Notes under the pieces: model-generated
The model's input: only the letters and a program-made list of their open reading frames with translations
What the model was told of the DNA's origin: nothing
The model's database searches: none
Shown: piece after piece, positions 42,501-50,672 of the stretch
Layout of the letters: every line of letters begins with the position of its first letter
Position numbering within the stretch: the stretch's first letter is position 1
Translations under genes and position numbers: made by a program
NCBI GenBank assembly: GCA_001938485.1
Contig: MQRK01222709.1
Coordinates: forward strand, 24,965 to 88,964
Source: Girardia tigrina
Taxonomy: Eukaryota
Reading direction: 5' to 3'
DNA length: 64,000 nt

Positions 42501-42746
42501 ATAAATTATTCAAAATTAGTACAAACAAAAAAATAATTTTAATAATTGAATTAATAATATTGTTTTTTTTTTCATTTTTACTTTTAAAATTCATTTTTAA
42601 ACAAAAAAAACAACTTGGTGCATTATATATTATCATTTTGAGTAATATTTTTATTTTATTTTATTTTATTTTAGATCAGTAGAGAGAAAACGGAAACGTC
42701 AAAATCATTTATTGCTGGAGATAATAATATGGAATTAACATTATAA
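140..42746 (+). CDS. P2RX: P2X purinoceptor (ATP-gated cation channel), full spliced model: join(140..261,487..643,688..759,19501..19757,19805..19949,26636..26766,31543..31699,38202..38309,42675..42746), ~406 aa
   Basis: All introns are GT..AG and phases join into one open frame. P2X hallmarks: YETQK (YxTxK), TM1, [19 protein letters not shown], 10 ectodomain Cys, GWCP, FRRLD, NFR, KAYGIRF, GKAGKF, TM2 [11 protein letters not shown]-terminal YQKAK (YxxxK). In-frame upstream TGA at 131. Confidence 0.95.
487..643 (+). CDS. P2RX: P2X exon 2 ([10 protein letters not shown]...TTKVKG...[11 protein letters not shown])
   Basis: Acceptor TTACAG ending at 486, donor GTAGAT at 644; ATP-binding KxK motif. 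Confidence 0.95.
688..759 (+). CDS. P2RX: P2X exon 3 ([24 protein letters not shown])
   Basis: Acceptor TTTAG ending at 687, donor GTAAGT at 760; FFV.TN...TP.Q..G.C.E motif. Confidence 0.95.
1580..1909 (+). repeat. Solo-LTR-like family copy 1 (3'-truncated at a TA microsatellite)
   Basis: Starts TGTGAGGAAT, has the TTCTCC..AG.TGGAA core and the GTTCGAATAATCA / ACGATG blocks shared with the 61194 copy. Confidence 0.65.
1910..1944. repeat. (TA)n microsatellite
   Basis: Direct reading. Confidence 0.95.
2340..2372. repeat. (TAA)n microsatellite
   Basis: Direct reading. Confidence 0.9.
3270..3530 (-). mobile_element. Mariner transposase C-terminal relic
   Basis: [12 protein letters not shown] (YSPDLAPSD motif) and [18 protein letters not shown] on the minus strand. 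Confidence 0.7.
6076..6306. mobile_element. piggyBac-like terminal fragment nested in the Tigger 3' region
   Basis: TTAA|CCCTT end at 6076-6084; perfect 24-bp inverted repeat 6094-6117 / 6283-6306. Confidence 0.55.
6499..8287 (-). pseudogene. Tigger/pogo transposase (CENP-B-type HTH plus DDE_1), disabled; probable intron 6757-6821
   Basis: [10 protein letters not shown] start, [27 protein letters not shown]; second catalytic D reads N ([10 protein letters not shown]); in-frame TGA at 7092-7094; C-terminal QSKITDFF. Confidence 0.9.
13447..13800 (+). repeat. Solo-LTR-like family copy 2 (3' end unclear)
   Basis: TGTGAGGAATG start and TCTCCCCTACCCAGATGGATGA core. Confidence 0.6.
13977..15727 (+). 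mobile_element. Mariner element with decayed transposase, interrupted by a solo LTR
   Basis: TIRs TTAGGTTGTTGCAAAAG.. / ..CTTTTGAAACAATCTAA with TA flanks; [24 protein letters not shown] motifs over frameshifts; ~1290 bp after removing the 460-bp insert. Confidence 0.92.
14149..14608 (+). repeat. Solo-LTR-like family copy 3 (TGT...ACA, 460 bp) inside the mariner 5' UTR
   Basis: TGTGAGGAAT...CTCTTAACA; its removal restores normal mariner length. Confidence 0.75.
16170..16745 (-). mobile_element. Penelope-like retroelement relic (linker plus GIY-YIG endonuclease)
   Basis: [13 protein letters not shown]..., [19 protein letters not shown](fs)[25 protein letters not shown] across frameshifts. 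Confidence 0.7.
16800..16851. repeat. (CA)n(TA)n microsatellite
   Basis: Direct reading. Confidence 0.95.
18301..18810 (+). repeat. Solo-LTR-like family copy 4 (510 bp)
   Basis: TGTGAGGAAT...GTCCTTAATA; flanks AAGTA / AAGTC (5-bp TSD with 1 mismatch). Confidence 0.75.
19501..19757 (+). CDS. P2RX: P2X exon 4 (Cys-rich head: [15 protein letters not shown]...TGKC...[10 protein letters not shown]...[19 protein letters not shown])
   Basis: Acceptor ATTAG ending at 19500, donor GTATTT at 19758; matches ORF 19546..19773. Confidence 0.95.
19805..19949 (+). CDS. P2RX: P2X exon 5 (RNVLDW...SCRY...[11 protein letters not shown]...MLSE)
   Basis: Acceptor TTGCAG ending at 19804, donor GTGAAT at 19950; dorsal-fin Cys pair. 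Confidence 0.93.
20513..20552. repeat. (TA)n microsatellite
   Basis: Direct reading. Confidence 0.95.
20661..21561 (+). mobile_element. Internally deleted mariner
   Basis: TIRs GTGGTGCGTTCAATAAGTACC / GGTACTTATTGAACGCACCAC with TA flanks; decayed transposase ([17 protein letters not shown]). Confidence 0.85.
22560..23454. mobile_element. Unclassified non-autonomous TIR element
   Basis: Imperfect TIRs CCGGTGTGAAATAAAAATTTCC / GGAAATTTTATGCTACACCGG with subterminal AAATTTCCC repeats. Confidence 0.6.
22825..23046. mobile_element. piggyBac-type MITE (222 bp)
   Basis: TTAA on both sides; 14-bp TIR CCCATTAA(T/C)GCCGA. Confidence 0.85.
24465..25043 (-). mobile_element. Internally deleted mariner
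   Basis: TIR-like ends with TA; N-terminus [18 protein letters not shown] fused directly to C-terminal [17 protein letters not shown]. Confidence 0.8.
25405..26425 (+). mobile_element. Decayed mariner
   Basis: TIRs ..AATAAGTCGTGA / TCACGACTTATT..; [33 protein letters not shown] motifs. Confidence 0.85.
26636..26766 (+). CDS. P2RX: P2X exon 6 ([43 protein letters not shown])
   Basis: Acceptor TTAAG ending at 26635, donor GTAAAT at 26767; GG..I.W.C.LD, FRRLD and NFR motifs. Confidence 0.95.
27101..27300 (-). mobile_element. Penelope pLTR remnant with degenerate hammerhead (27179-27217)
   Basis: Same terminus ATATTGAGTCTTGTGAACG as the copies at 55564 and 60563; hammerhead core and stem II disrupted. 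Confidence 0.65.
28000..28783 (+). mobile_element. hAT transposase relic (C-terminal dimerisation region)
   Basis: LPRQ....[18 protein letters not shown]...LKCRFS and [13 protein letters not shown], cut off by a Gypsy LTR at 28784. Confidence 0.75.
28784..30170 (-). mobile_element. Ty3/Gypsy fragment: aspartic protease, integrase, 97-bp 3' LTR (28784-28880)
   Basis: [12 protein letters not shown]; [32 protein letters not shown]; [12 protein letters not shown]; LTR TGT..AATAAA..GAAACTACA. Confidence 0.85.
31543..31699 (+). CDS. P2RX: P2X exon 7 ([52 protein letters not shown])
   Basis: Acceptor TTTTAG ending at 31542, donor GTTAGT at 31700; matches ORF 31502..31726. Confidence 0.95.
32060..32600 (-). 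mobile_element. Ty3/Gypsy reverse transcriptase fragment
   Basis: [30 protein letters not shown], then DLREAYMQV and [12 protein letters not shown] in a shifted frame. Confidence 0.8.
36503..36545. repeat. (TA)n microsatellite
   Basis: Direct reading. Confidence 0.95.
38202..38309 (+). CDS. P2RX: P2X exon 8 ([36 protein letters not shown])
   Basis: Acceptor TTTAG ending at 38201; end of TM2 with conserved Asp and YxxxK; donor GTAAAT at 38310, or read-through to TAA at 38316-38318. Confidence 0.92.
39264..39585. mobile_element. Tc1/mariner-superfamily MITE (322 bp)
   Basis: TIR core AGTTTTCTGAGAAT(C/A)T(A/G)CTCAT at both ends, TA flanks. Confidence 0.7.
40255..41000 (+). mobile_element. Non-LTR retrotransposon insertion (RTE-like) with inverted 5' RT fragment and C2H2-finger 3' end
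   Basis: 12-bp TSD ATTCCAGATAAT (40243-40254 / 41001-41012); minus-strand [22 protein letters not shown]; plus-strand open frame 40446-40886 with two C2H2 fingers. Confidence 0.85.
42675..42746 (+). CDS. P2RX: Probable P2X terminal exon 9 ([23 protein letters not shown])
   Basis: Strong T-rich acceptor (ttattttattttag) ending at 42674, phase 0 compatible with exon 8, AATAAA at 42816; no conserved motif confirms it. Confidence 0.55.
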   Translation: MSREKTETSKSFIAGDNNMELTL

Positions 42747-43614
42747 ATTCGTCCATCATGAAATATTCCTATATTTAATAATATTTATTATTTCTTTATA
42801 ATTTCATTAACTTCAAATAAAAATAACACTAACAGCGGTTAAAAAATGTTGATAATATTCAATATATAATATAATATAATTTATAATAATATCCTAATTA
42901 GTTTAGAGTATAATCTCAAATTAACCGTATGTTGTCACGAGACTTTTTGAATTATTTATATTTTATTGATAAACATTTTAGTAGTACGAATATTAATGAA
43001 AAAAATGTTTTTTTTATAAATAAATATTGGTTATGAGAATTTTTAGACGGATTTTGTTCCATTTTTATTTATAATTCATTTTTAATATTTGTGTTTAAGA
43101 AAATTTGTCTTTTGTTCTTCTTCTTTTGAATAAATTTACAATGGTTTTTTTCCCACAAAAATGAATTGGTAATAGAATTTTATTTGAGAAATTATTTTTC
43201 TTTCAATTGTTCCATATTTAAATTGAAGAAAAATATTCAAGAGAAAATTTATTCATTATATTTTGTGGGGTTAATAAGGATAAATTAAAAAATAATTTAT
43301 TTATATTTTAATGCATTTTTAAAAATAATTTTTGGTTTTTCTGAAAAGTTTAGAAATAAAATGAACAAAAGTTAAGAGGACTTACTTCTTTTATAAAAAA
43401 CATAAAGAATCCAAGACTTACGTGACAATTAGTGATATTTAATAACAAAAGATATAGAAACTATTCGATTTTGTGAGAACATTATAAGATTTTATGCAGA
43501 AATGTTAATTATTAATTGTAGTATAGTTTACAATTACTGGCCTAATCATCTATGTCAAAATTATTTGGTTAAATAACCTACAACCATAAAGGAAATAGTT
43601 GAAAATCATTTATA

Positions 43615-43916
43615 AAGGGCGTCCCAAAATCCACGCAAAAAGTAATTTTTATTGAAAAAACAAGTTTATAATTAAAAGGAGGAAATTGAGCGCTATATCA
43701 TCGAAATTCAGCCACAATTATGCAAAACAATCATGGAAAATTTCAACAAGAGTGCGTATGTTCCAGAAACGTTGTGGATGCCATTTATCCGATATGCTTT
43801 TCCATACATAACCCTATACTGTATATTATATAAATCAATAAAAAAATTACAATTTTTAATTATAAACCTGTGTTTTCTATCAAAATTACTTCTTCCGTGA
43901 ATTTAGGGATACCCTT
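43615..43916 (+). mobile_element. Non-autonomous Tc1/mariner element (302 bp)
   Basis: TIRs AAGGGCGTCCCAAAATCCACG / CGTGAATTTAGGGATACCCTT, TA flanks, transposase C-terminal remnant. Confidence 0.8.
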
Positions 43917-46599
43917 TATGATATGTTGTTTACGACATGAAACGTCATCTTATTCAGTCATAATCCAGCAGCTGCGTAGTATTGATTATACCTGATATGA
44001 ACGTTGTAGCTAGAACAGGTCGTACATATTACCTGAGACAACAAAAGAGAACAACAATAACCTTTGCTGCCATCTTTACTGAATGATACAAGACCTATGA
44101 TGATTCTGACAAATACAAAAAGAACCAAGGCTTGTGGTTGGAAGATGGAACATTAAAGAAATATCAAAATTATTTCTGTCAAATGTACACATTGTAGCAT
44201 GGAATAAATCATGTGGTTGTTTAACGGCGCTTATAATACAAAAGACTGAAAGTTTTCTATGATGCAGGTCCCGTTGTAAAAAAAATACTGACCCTTAATG
44301 ATTTTTAAATTTTATTTTATTGATTACTTAATACTGAAGTAAAATTCATTCATAAAAGTTTTGTACCTGCATCGAAGAGGTTATTGTTGACAGATATATG
44401 TTTTAATCAATATGTTTCTGAAGAATCTGGAAGGGTTCACGAAATAGACGTGATACTGACTGACCAAGGTTGTCTAATGAAATCAAATTATTAAAATTAT
44501 TTAAAATCATTTTTCCTGAAATGATTAAGTATATTACAAAAAAACATTTTCTTCAACAGACTGGATGTCTTGTTTGCGTTGATTCCTTTCAACTTAATTC
44601 TATTCTTTACTTGTTCTTCAAATTTCTAAGTCTTTAATCGTTGTGCGTGATTTTCACTCAAACTTTTTATAACAGTTTTTTTACTTATTTAAAATTGCTT
44701 ACGTTAAGTAAGATTCGTAACCCTTTTACAAATATAAGAAGAACCTTTTACAAGAAAAAATTTCCATTTTTCGTTGAAAAGGCCCAATGTACGATGTGTG
44801 ATGAATTTTAAATTATTGGATTCAAGCTCATCATATTGGTTAATATCCCTCAAATAAATTGGCAATATCCAGAATTAAATCAAAATTCATTTACATAATT
44901 TAATTTTGTGGAAGAACTGATATTAAAAGGCAGATAAGGTAAATAAAGTAAATCTAGTTTAACCGGTGCTGAATAAATTAGAATTTGTTTGGAACACTTA
45001 CCTAATATTTAACGTAAGACCATCTGGTAATATGTAAAGAATGTCTTTTTGTAGATATATTTTAATTATACAATAAACAAGTGACGAAGCTGAAAAGTAA
45101 AATCTATAATTTATTACCAAATTAAAAGAGAAGAAATAGTTAGAAAAACGCAAAGTTATCTTTAAGTTTTTTAAATGAGAAATTATGTAGAAAGTATTAT
45201 TGATGGTGAATGGTTATAAAAGAAATTAAGAATAACTGAACTTGCTAAGGGTATCTTTGGTATAATCTTAGGGCAAAATTGGACTTATGCCTTTGGATAT
45301 TACAGATGCATTTTTATACAAGTTTATATTTGCTGTTTTACTGTTATATACGTATTTTCTATTTAATAATTATTAAGTATACTAGGACTATTTTAATTAT
45401 AAAAACAAAAGAAACAGACAAATTAAAAATGAAAAACTCGCAAAAATTGACAAAGCATAAGAGATACAGAATAGTTATTACAATGTTTAATTGTGATACA
45501 ATTACTAAAGGTTAATTGTACGTTTGTTAATTGATGTTAATATTTTAATTTATCAGCTTCTTCATTATATTTTGGTACGATACTGGAGACACGTTTGAGT
45601 ACTATGACGTACTTCTTTTACTTCTGTAATTCCTGTTTGAGAATTCACTAGTATTCATTTATGACTTATCCTATCTTTTTGAAAGAATTTTTTAAAGAAT
45701 TGCATAACCCTTCACTGAATCTTGTCGCTTTTCGTGTTTTTCCAGCAGTGGTATTCAATGTTTCAGACTTTTATCGATAACTTTGGTTCTCGCTTTCAAT
45801 GTATGTGACGAAAAAATATTTCAAGACGTTAAGAAATCGTTTATCATTAGAATATTTTCATGAGAATTGATTAAATATATTGAAAAAAAACATTCAGAGC
45901 AAAAATTTATGTCATTAACTTTATAAGTCTAAAATACTTTCGTACGCTGATCTCCTGTACACTTTTTAAGTTTGTCAAGGAAATTTAATTGAATAAAACT
46001 TTGGTTTCAAAATTTGTTGTTCGAAATATTCAGGTTAACTATTTGTTTTATATTGCTTTTAATGATGATTTTCCTAGCTTGTTCATATTGGGAATTTAAA
46101 AAAAAACGAAGATCTAGAATGTAATTTTAGTTTGATTTGTACATGTGATATGCTGGCAACCGGACCCAGCTATGGCGGCCAGCATCCCTTAAACGTAAGG
46201 GGAATTGTTGCTCGGACAGATCGGTAGATCGACTTGACAGTATCGGTGCACCGGTAAGGGTGGAAAAAAACTTTTTTTATAAAAAAACAAACACGTTTTT
46301 ATAGACTTAAAAAATATGTTTAAAAACGGTTATATTTTTTTTAAAAAGTTAATTTTTGTTTTAAATATTTTAATTTTAGACAAGCAAATTGAATACATTG
46401 AGGTTCTTGTACTATTATTTTAATTAATTTTTAAATGATGTTTTTAGATTTTTTATTACTCGCAACAAATCTTTATCTGTTTTGCCAAGTTTTGTAGTAC
46501 AATCAGATAATAAAGAGAAACAAACTACTACGTACAAGTTAAAAATTGCAATAAGTGCCTGAGAGCGTCCTGCATCACTAGACTTAAAAAACATGTGCA

Positions 46600-47520
46600 C
46601 AATTGCCATTTGAGTATCGACCTTTCAATTGACTTTGTAGTAAATAATGAAAACAACGTCATACAGTCATTGAACTCATTATCTCAGGTACAATTATCTT
46701 CAGAATTCAGTCAAGAAGGCGCTTCTACTATATTGTCTCAAAGCTCCATGAAATTAAAGGTATCACCTTTTCATACATCATCTAGTAATAAAGTGATTAC
46801 AAAATCTAATCTTTCGTCGTCGTGAATTCTCAAATTTGTTGATTTAATGACAGAACGGCGAATTCGAAATATCTTACTTGATGCAAACGACAACAGCTCT
46901 TCCTTTTGAAACGGTCTTCAGTTAATGGAGTCTTTCTATGAACCTTTTATCTTTGCATTATCAAAATTTGAGTCAGATGAACCTTCTTAAGCACAAATTT
47001 ATCATGAACTTGAACTATTACAAAAACATTTGCGTCAAAAATGTAATGAGAGAAATCACAATGATTTTCAACAGTGTTCAAGAAAAATTTGAAGTGTCGA
47101 AGTTTCTTAACTAATGAAATAATGCTCTTGGATACACTAAGTTTTGCAATTTATCAATAAAATAATCGTTTCTTATTGATGTCATTCACATTTCATTCTA
47201 GCTCCTGTTTTGAATCATAGTCAAAGAGACGATAATCTCGTAGATCATGAGTTCATAATTCTCAGAAAAATCCTGTAGGAAAAGATGCCAAAAGATTTTA
47301 ATGTAATAAGGTCGCAAATGCTGACATACAAAGCACTGACAGGTATATTTTTTACGCCTGAAATTGGGAAGATGCTACATTTATTGATTCTAAGACAAGT
47401 TGGAAATTCTTTGGCGAAGATTAAACCTACAACGTGCATACTTCGAGTCGAAACAGACTCACGGATGAACGTGTGGAAAAATTGACTTACGTTTATTTTA
47501 ACCATCGCATGATGTATTAA
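46600..47520 (+). mobile_element. hAT transposase relic
   Basis: C-terminal SRNRLTDERVEKLTYVYFN at ~47445-47505; GC-rich subterminal blocks at 46150-46260 and 47685-47775. Confidence 0.55.
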
Positions 47521-47944
47521 TTTGTAATTATAATATAAAATCTGGAAACTTTTTATTTATATATTTTATGGGTATCGACCAAACAGTATGGTGCTATTTT
47601 CTGAAAAAAACATAAAAAACGAGAAAACAAAGGCTGTTTTTTGTTTGTTTTTTAAATGAAAAAAAAGTTTTTTTAACATCATTAGTACCGCCTGATTCGT
47701 CATCGTGTGTCGGTTCCGTGACCGATTCTTGGCAGTGCCTTGTTGCATGGTGAACCCCGGAGCGGTGGGCTCTGTTAATAAAATTGCTTTTTTTTAATTT
47801 TTTTGTTAATAAATTGCAGGAATTTTTTGGGAAATTAATTCTTCAGATGCACCCCAACATGTTTGCATAGTAAAAGTCCTAAATAGATGTTAGAAATAAT
47901 TTTACAAATTCATTTTAAATAAAAAATTTCTAAATGGATTTATT

Positions 47945-47947
<3 letters not shown>

Positions 47948-47980
<33 letters not shown>
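47948..47980. repeat. (TA)n microsatellite
   Basis: Direct reading. Confidence 0.95.
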
Positions 47981-47983
<3 letters not shown>

Positions 47984-48891
47984 TATCTTAACCCTTCATA
48001 GATCTTTGTTACCTGTTATTATAACATTTAGATTCATATTTTACCACATTATGTAGTGTACATATTATTTTTATAAACTTTTTATTTATTTTATTTTATC
48101 TGTGGAAACATCACATAAAACTTTTGTGGCTAATTCCTAACCTAATTTATTAATTATATTTCAAATTCCATTGTCTCATTTTGCTTTTATTTTTCTGCCA
48201 ATTCAACAGTTATATTTTGCATAATAATTATTTTATGATATCTTGCAAATTTAATATATTATTTATTATCGATATTTAAGTTTTGGGACGTTTGTTAATA
48301 ATTTAAAAACGTGTGTTTTTAAATTTATAATTTCAAAATTTAGCTAATCTAAAGGCGGAAAAGATGGAGTATTTATATAATTTGATAAAAAGAGACGATC
48401 TTTATAAATAAAACTATCTAATAATATTCTATAATTCGTGTCTGACAGCAATAAAAACGGAATCAAATAAAATTAGAACAGTAGTCCATGTCCATAGGAC
48501 GTGCACCGAATTACCATTAAATACTCGAGCCAACGGGGTTTGAAGGATTTGAAATTCCTACATGGCAGTAGCAGACCTTTCTGGTGAGACATAAAATTCA
48601 TAAAAACATGTTATATCTGAAACAATGACATCAAAATAATTAAAAAAATAATTCTTTTTCATATTTGTGCATAATTTTACTTATTTTTTTATTATTTAGC
48701 TAAATATTATCGCTTATTTATATCGTGTTGCATGAGATATTTAAACAATGTGTCTATTTTTATATTGAATTATAAGTGGAATGATAAAATGTATTATGCG
48801 TTTTTTATGGCTTGTATTTTAATGGTCAGTATTTCCTTTAAACGGTCATTATAAAAAATACTTGAGCAAAAAAATTGTAAGTAAATGTTGG

Positions 48892-49473
48892 GATCGAGAA
48901 ATTTCCCAATCGACACCAGGCCAATTCATTAAGGGCGCACTGAGTCTGATGGAAAATTTCTCGGGATCTGAAATAAAATAAAATGATTATTAAATAAATA
49001 TAATATTAATTAATTAAAACTAACCTTAATTGATTTTGGACTTTGATCTGAAATAAAAAATATGATTATTAAAATTAATTGAAAAAAAACTTACTTAATT
49101 GATCTGACCTTTGGAATCTGAAATTATAAAAACAATGATTATTTATTTAGTAATAGAAAAAAACTTACTTGATCGATCTGATCTTTGATCCTTGTTGATC
49201 TGAAATGAAAAATATGATTATGTTTTTTTGATTGTAAAACTTACTTAATTGATTTGGACTTTGTTGTCGACAGATAACGGCAGGAGCTTATAGTGCCTGC
49301 CGAAACTGTTGACACAAAGTCCGGTGATCTCGAAATTTATGTGAAAATTTCGAAAACACGAATTATGTTTTCTTGATTTTAAAACTTACTTAATTGATTT
49401 GAACTTTGTTGTCGACAGATAACGGTAGGAGCTTATAGTGCCTGCCGAAACTGTTGACACAAAGTCCGGTGAT
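48892..49473 (-). ncRNA. Candidate spliced non-coding transcript: micro-exon array (exons 49390-49473, 49245-49328, 49169-49199, 49095-49117, 49025-49047, <=48967)
   Basis: Five introns of 61, 45, 51, 47 and 57 nt with GTAAGT/GTTAGT donors, TAAT branch-like motif and TTTCAG (or TTTCGAG) acceptors; no convincing ORF. Confidence 0.55.
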
Positions 49474-49510
49474 CTCGAAATTTATGTGAAAATTTGGAAA
49501 ACACGAATTA
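49245..49510. repeat. 145-bp tandem duplication, each unit holding a 67-nt hairpin (49256-49322, 49401-49467)
   Basis: GGACTTTGT-T-GTCGACAG-ATAA-CGGCAGG...CCTGCCG-AAA-CTGTTGAC-ACAAAGTCC. Confidence 0.9.
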
Positions 49511-49686
49511 CTATAAATTCGTTTGAATCTGTTATTTGTTAAAAAAGGTTTTTGTCTAATTGTTGATTACAAATTAATAAATTTTTCAATCTTCAGTTTT
49601 TGTGAGTATTTTAATTTTATTTTTTTTAGAGGTTGATGGAGTATAGATATAAATTGGACATATGCTAAAATATATTGCTGGGAGGC

Positions 49687-49948
49687 GATCAGTTGATAGT
49701 TACTGGCAGGTGCTCATAGTGTCTGCCATGATTGTTGACGATCTGGCAGTGAATAAGAAAAAGATCTTTAAAGAGAAATTAAGACAGCTGATCAGTTGAT
49801 AGTGACCGGCAGGTGCTCATAGTGCCTGCAGTGAGTGTTAACGACCATGCAGGGAATATGAAAAGATCTTGAAAGGAAATTGAAGACAGATGATCAGTTG
49901 ATAGTTACCGGCGGGTGCTCATAGAACCTGCCGAGTATATTGATGATC
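49687..49948. repeat. Three ~103-bp tandem units, each holding a 57-nt hairpin (49687-49743, 49790-49846, 49892-49948)
   Basis: GATCAGTTGATAGT.AC.GGC.GGTGCTCATAG...CTGC...GA(T/C)C; shares the core of the 145-bp units. Confidence 0.9.
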
Positions 49949-50672
49949 TGGTAGTCGAAAGAAATTGTTCTCTATAGAACATCTTAAATGTCACTGTCGA
50001 TGAGATAGTCTAATAATCAAACCTCCATCAACCTCAACCTTTTTTTGTTGTCATTGTTAAACCTTTAATATTAATGTTGGATAATTGATGAACATTTATG
50101 TTTTTAAGTTTATTTATATTCTTTTAAAATATTTAAAGATTATTCAGTAGAAATATAAGAAATCATCAAAATATAAAGCAACATGATATCAATAGAGATT
50201 TGTTCCTCTAGACAGGAGATGGATGAATATTTACAAAAAAAAGTTTACGAAGAACCCGGAAGGTATTTGATTTTGTTCACTGGTAAATCATTGGGCCAGA
50301 TGAACCTAATCGGGTACGATACGAACCATTTGCATGTATTAGAAGAGGAAAGATAGATGATGTTCGTATCAAAATAATGTGTTGGGTTTTATAATAAAAA
50401 AGAAATAATACATAAAAAAGATAATAAAAGCCTTACATAAACAACATGATCAGTATTGTAGGTATTTAGTCAGTATTTTAATTACGTTCCCAGTATGTTC
50501 AATCTACGATCAGCAAAATGGCCACTATTTTAGATATTTCATCAGTATTTTAATTAAATTAACGTTATATTTATTTAATGATCATTATTATATTTAAGAA
50601 GTTTATTTTGTACGATTAATAATTTTAAATCGAAAGCTATTTCACACATTAAAACAATATTTTTTAACATTT

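Noticed and set aside
44125-44170. Ubiquitin-like LEDGTL..Y peptide
   Set aside because: Flanking residues do not match ubiquitin; probably chance.
49245-49948. CRISPR-like repeat-spacer array
   Set aside because: The sequences between hairpins are homologous to each other rather than unique, the context is eukaryotic, and no cas genes are present.
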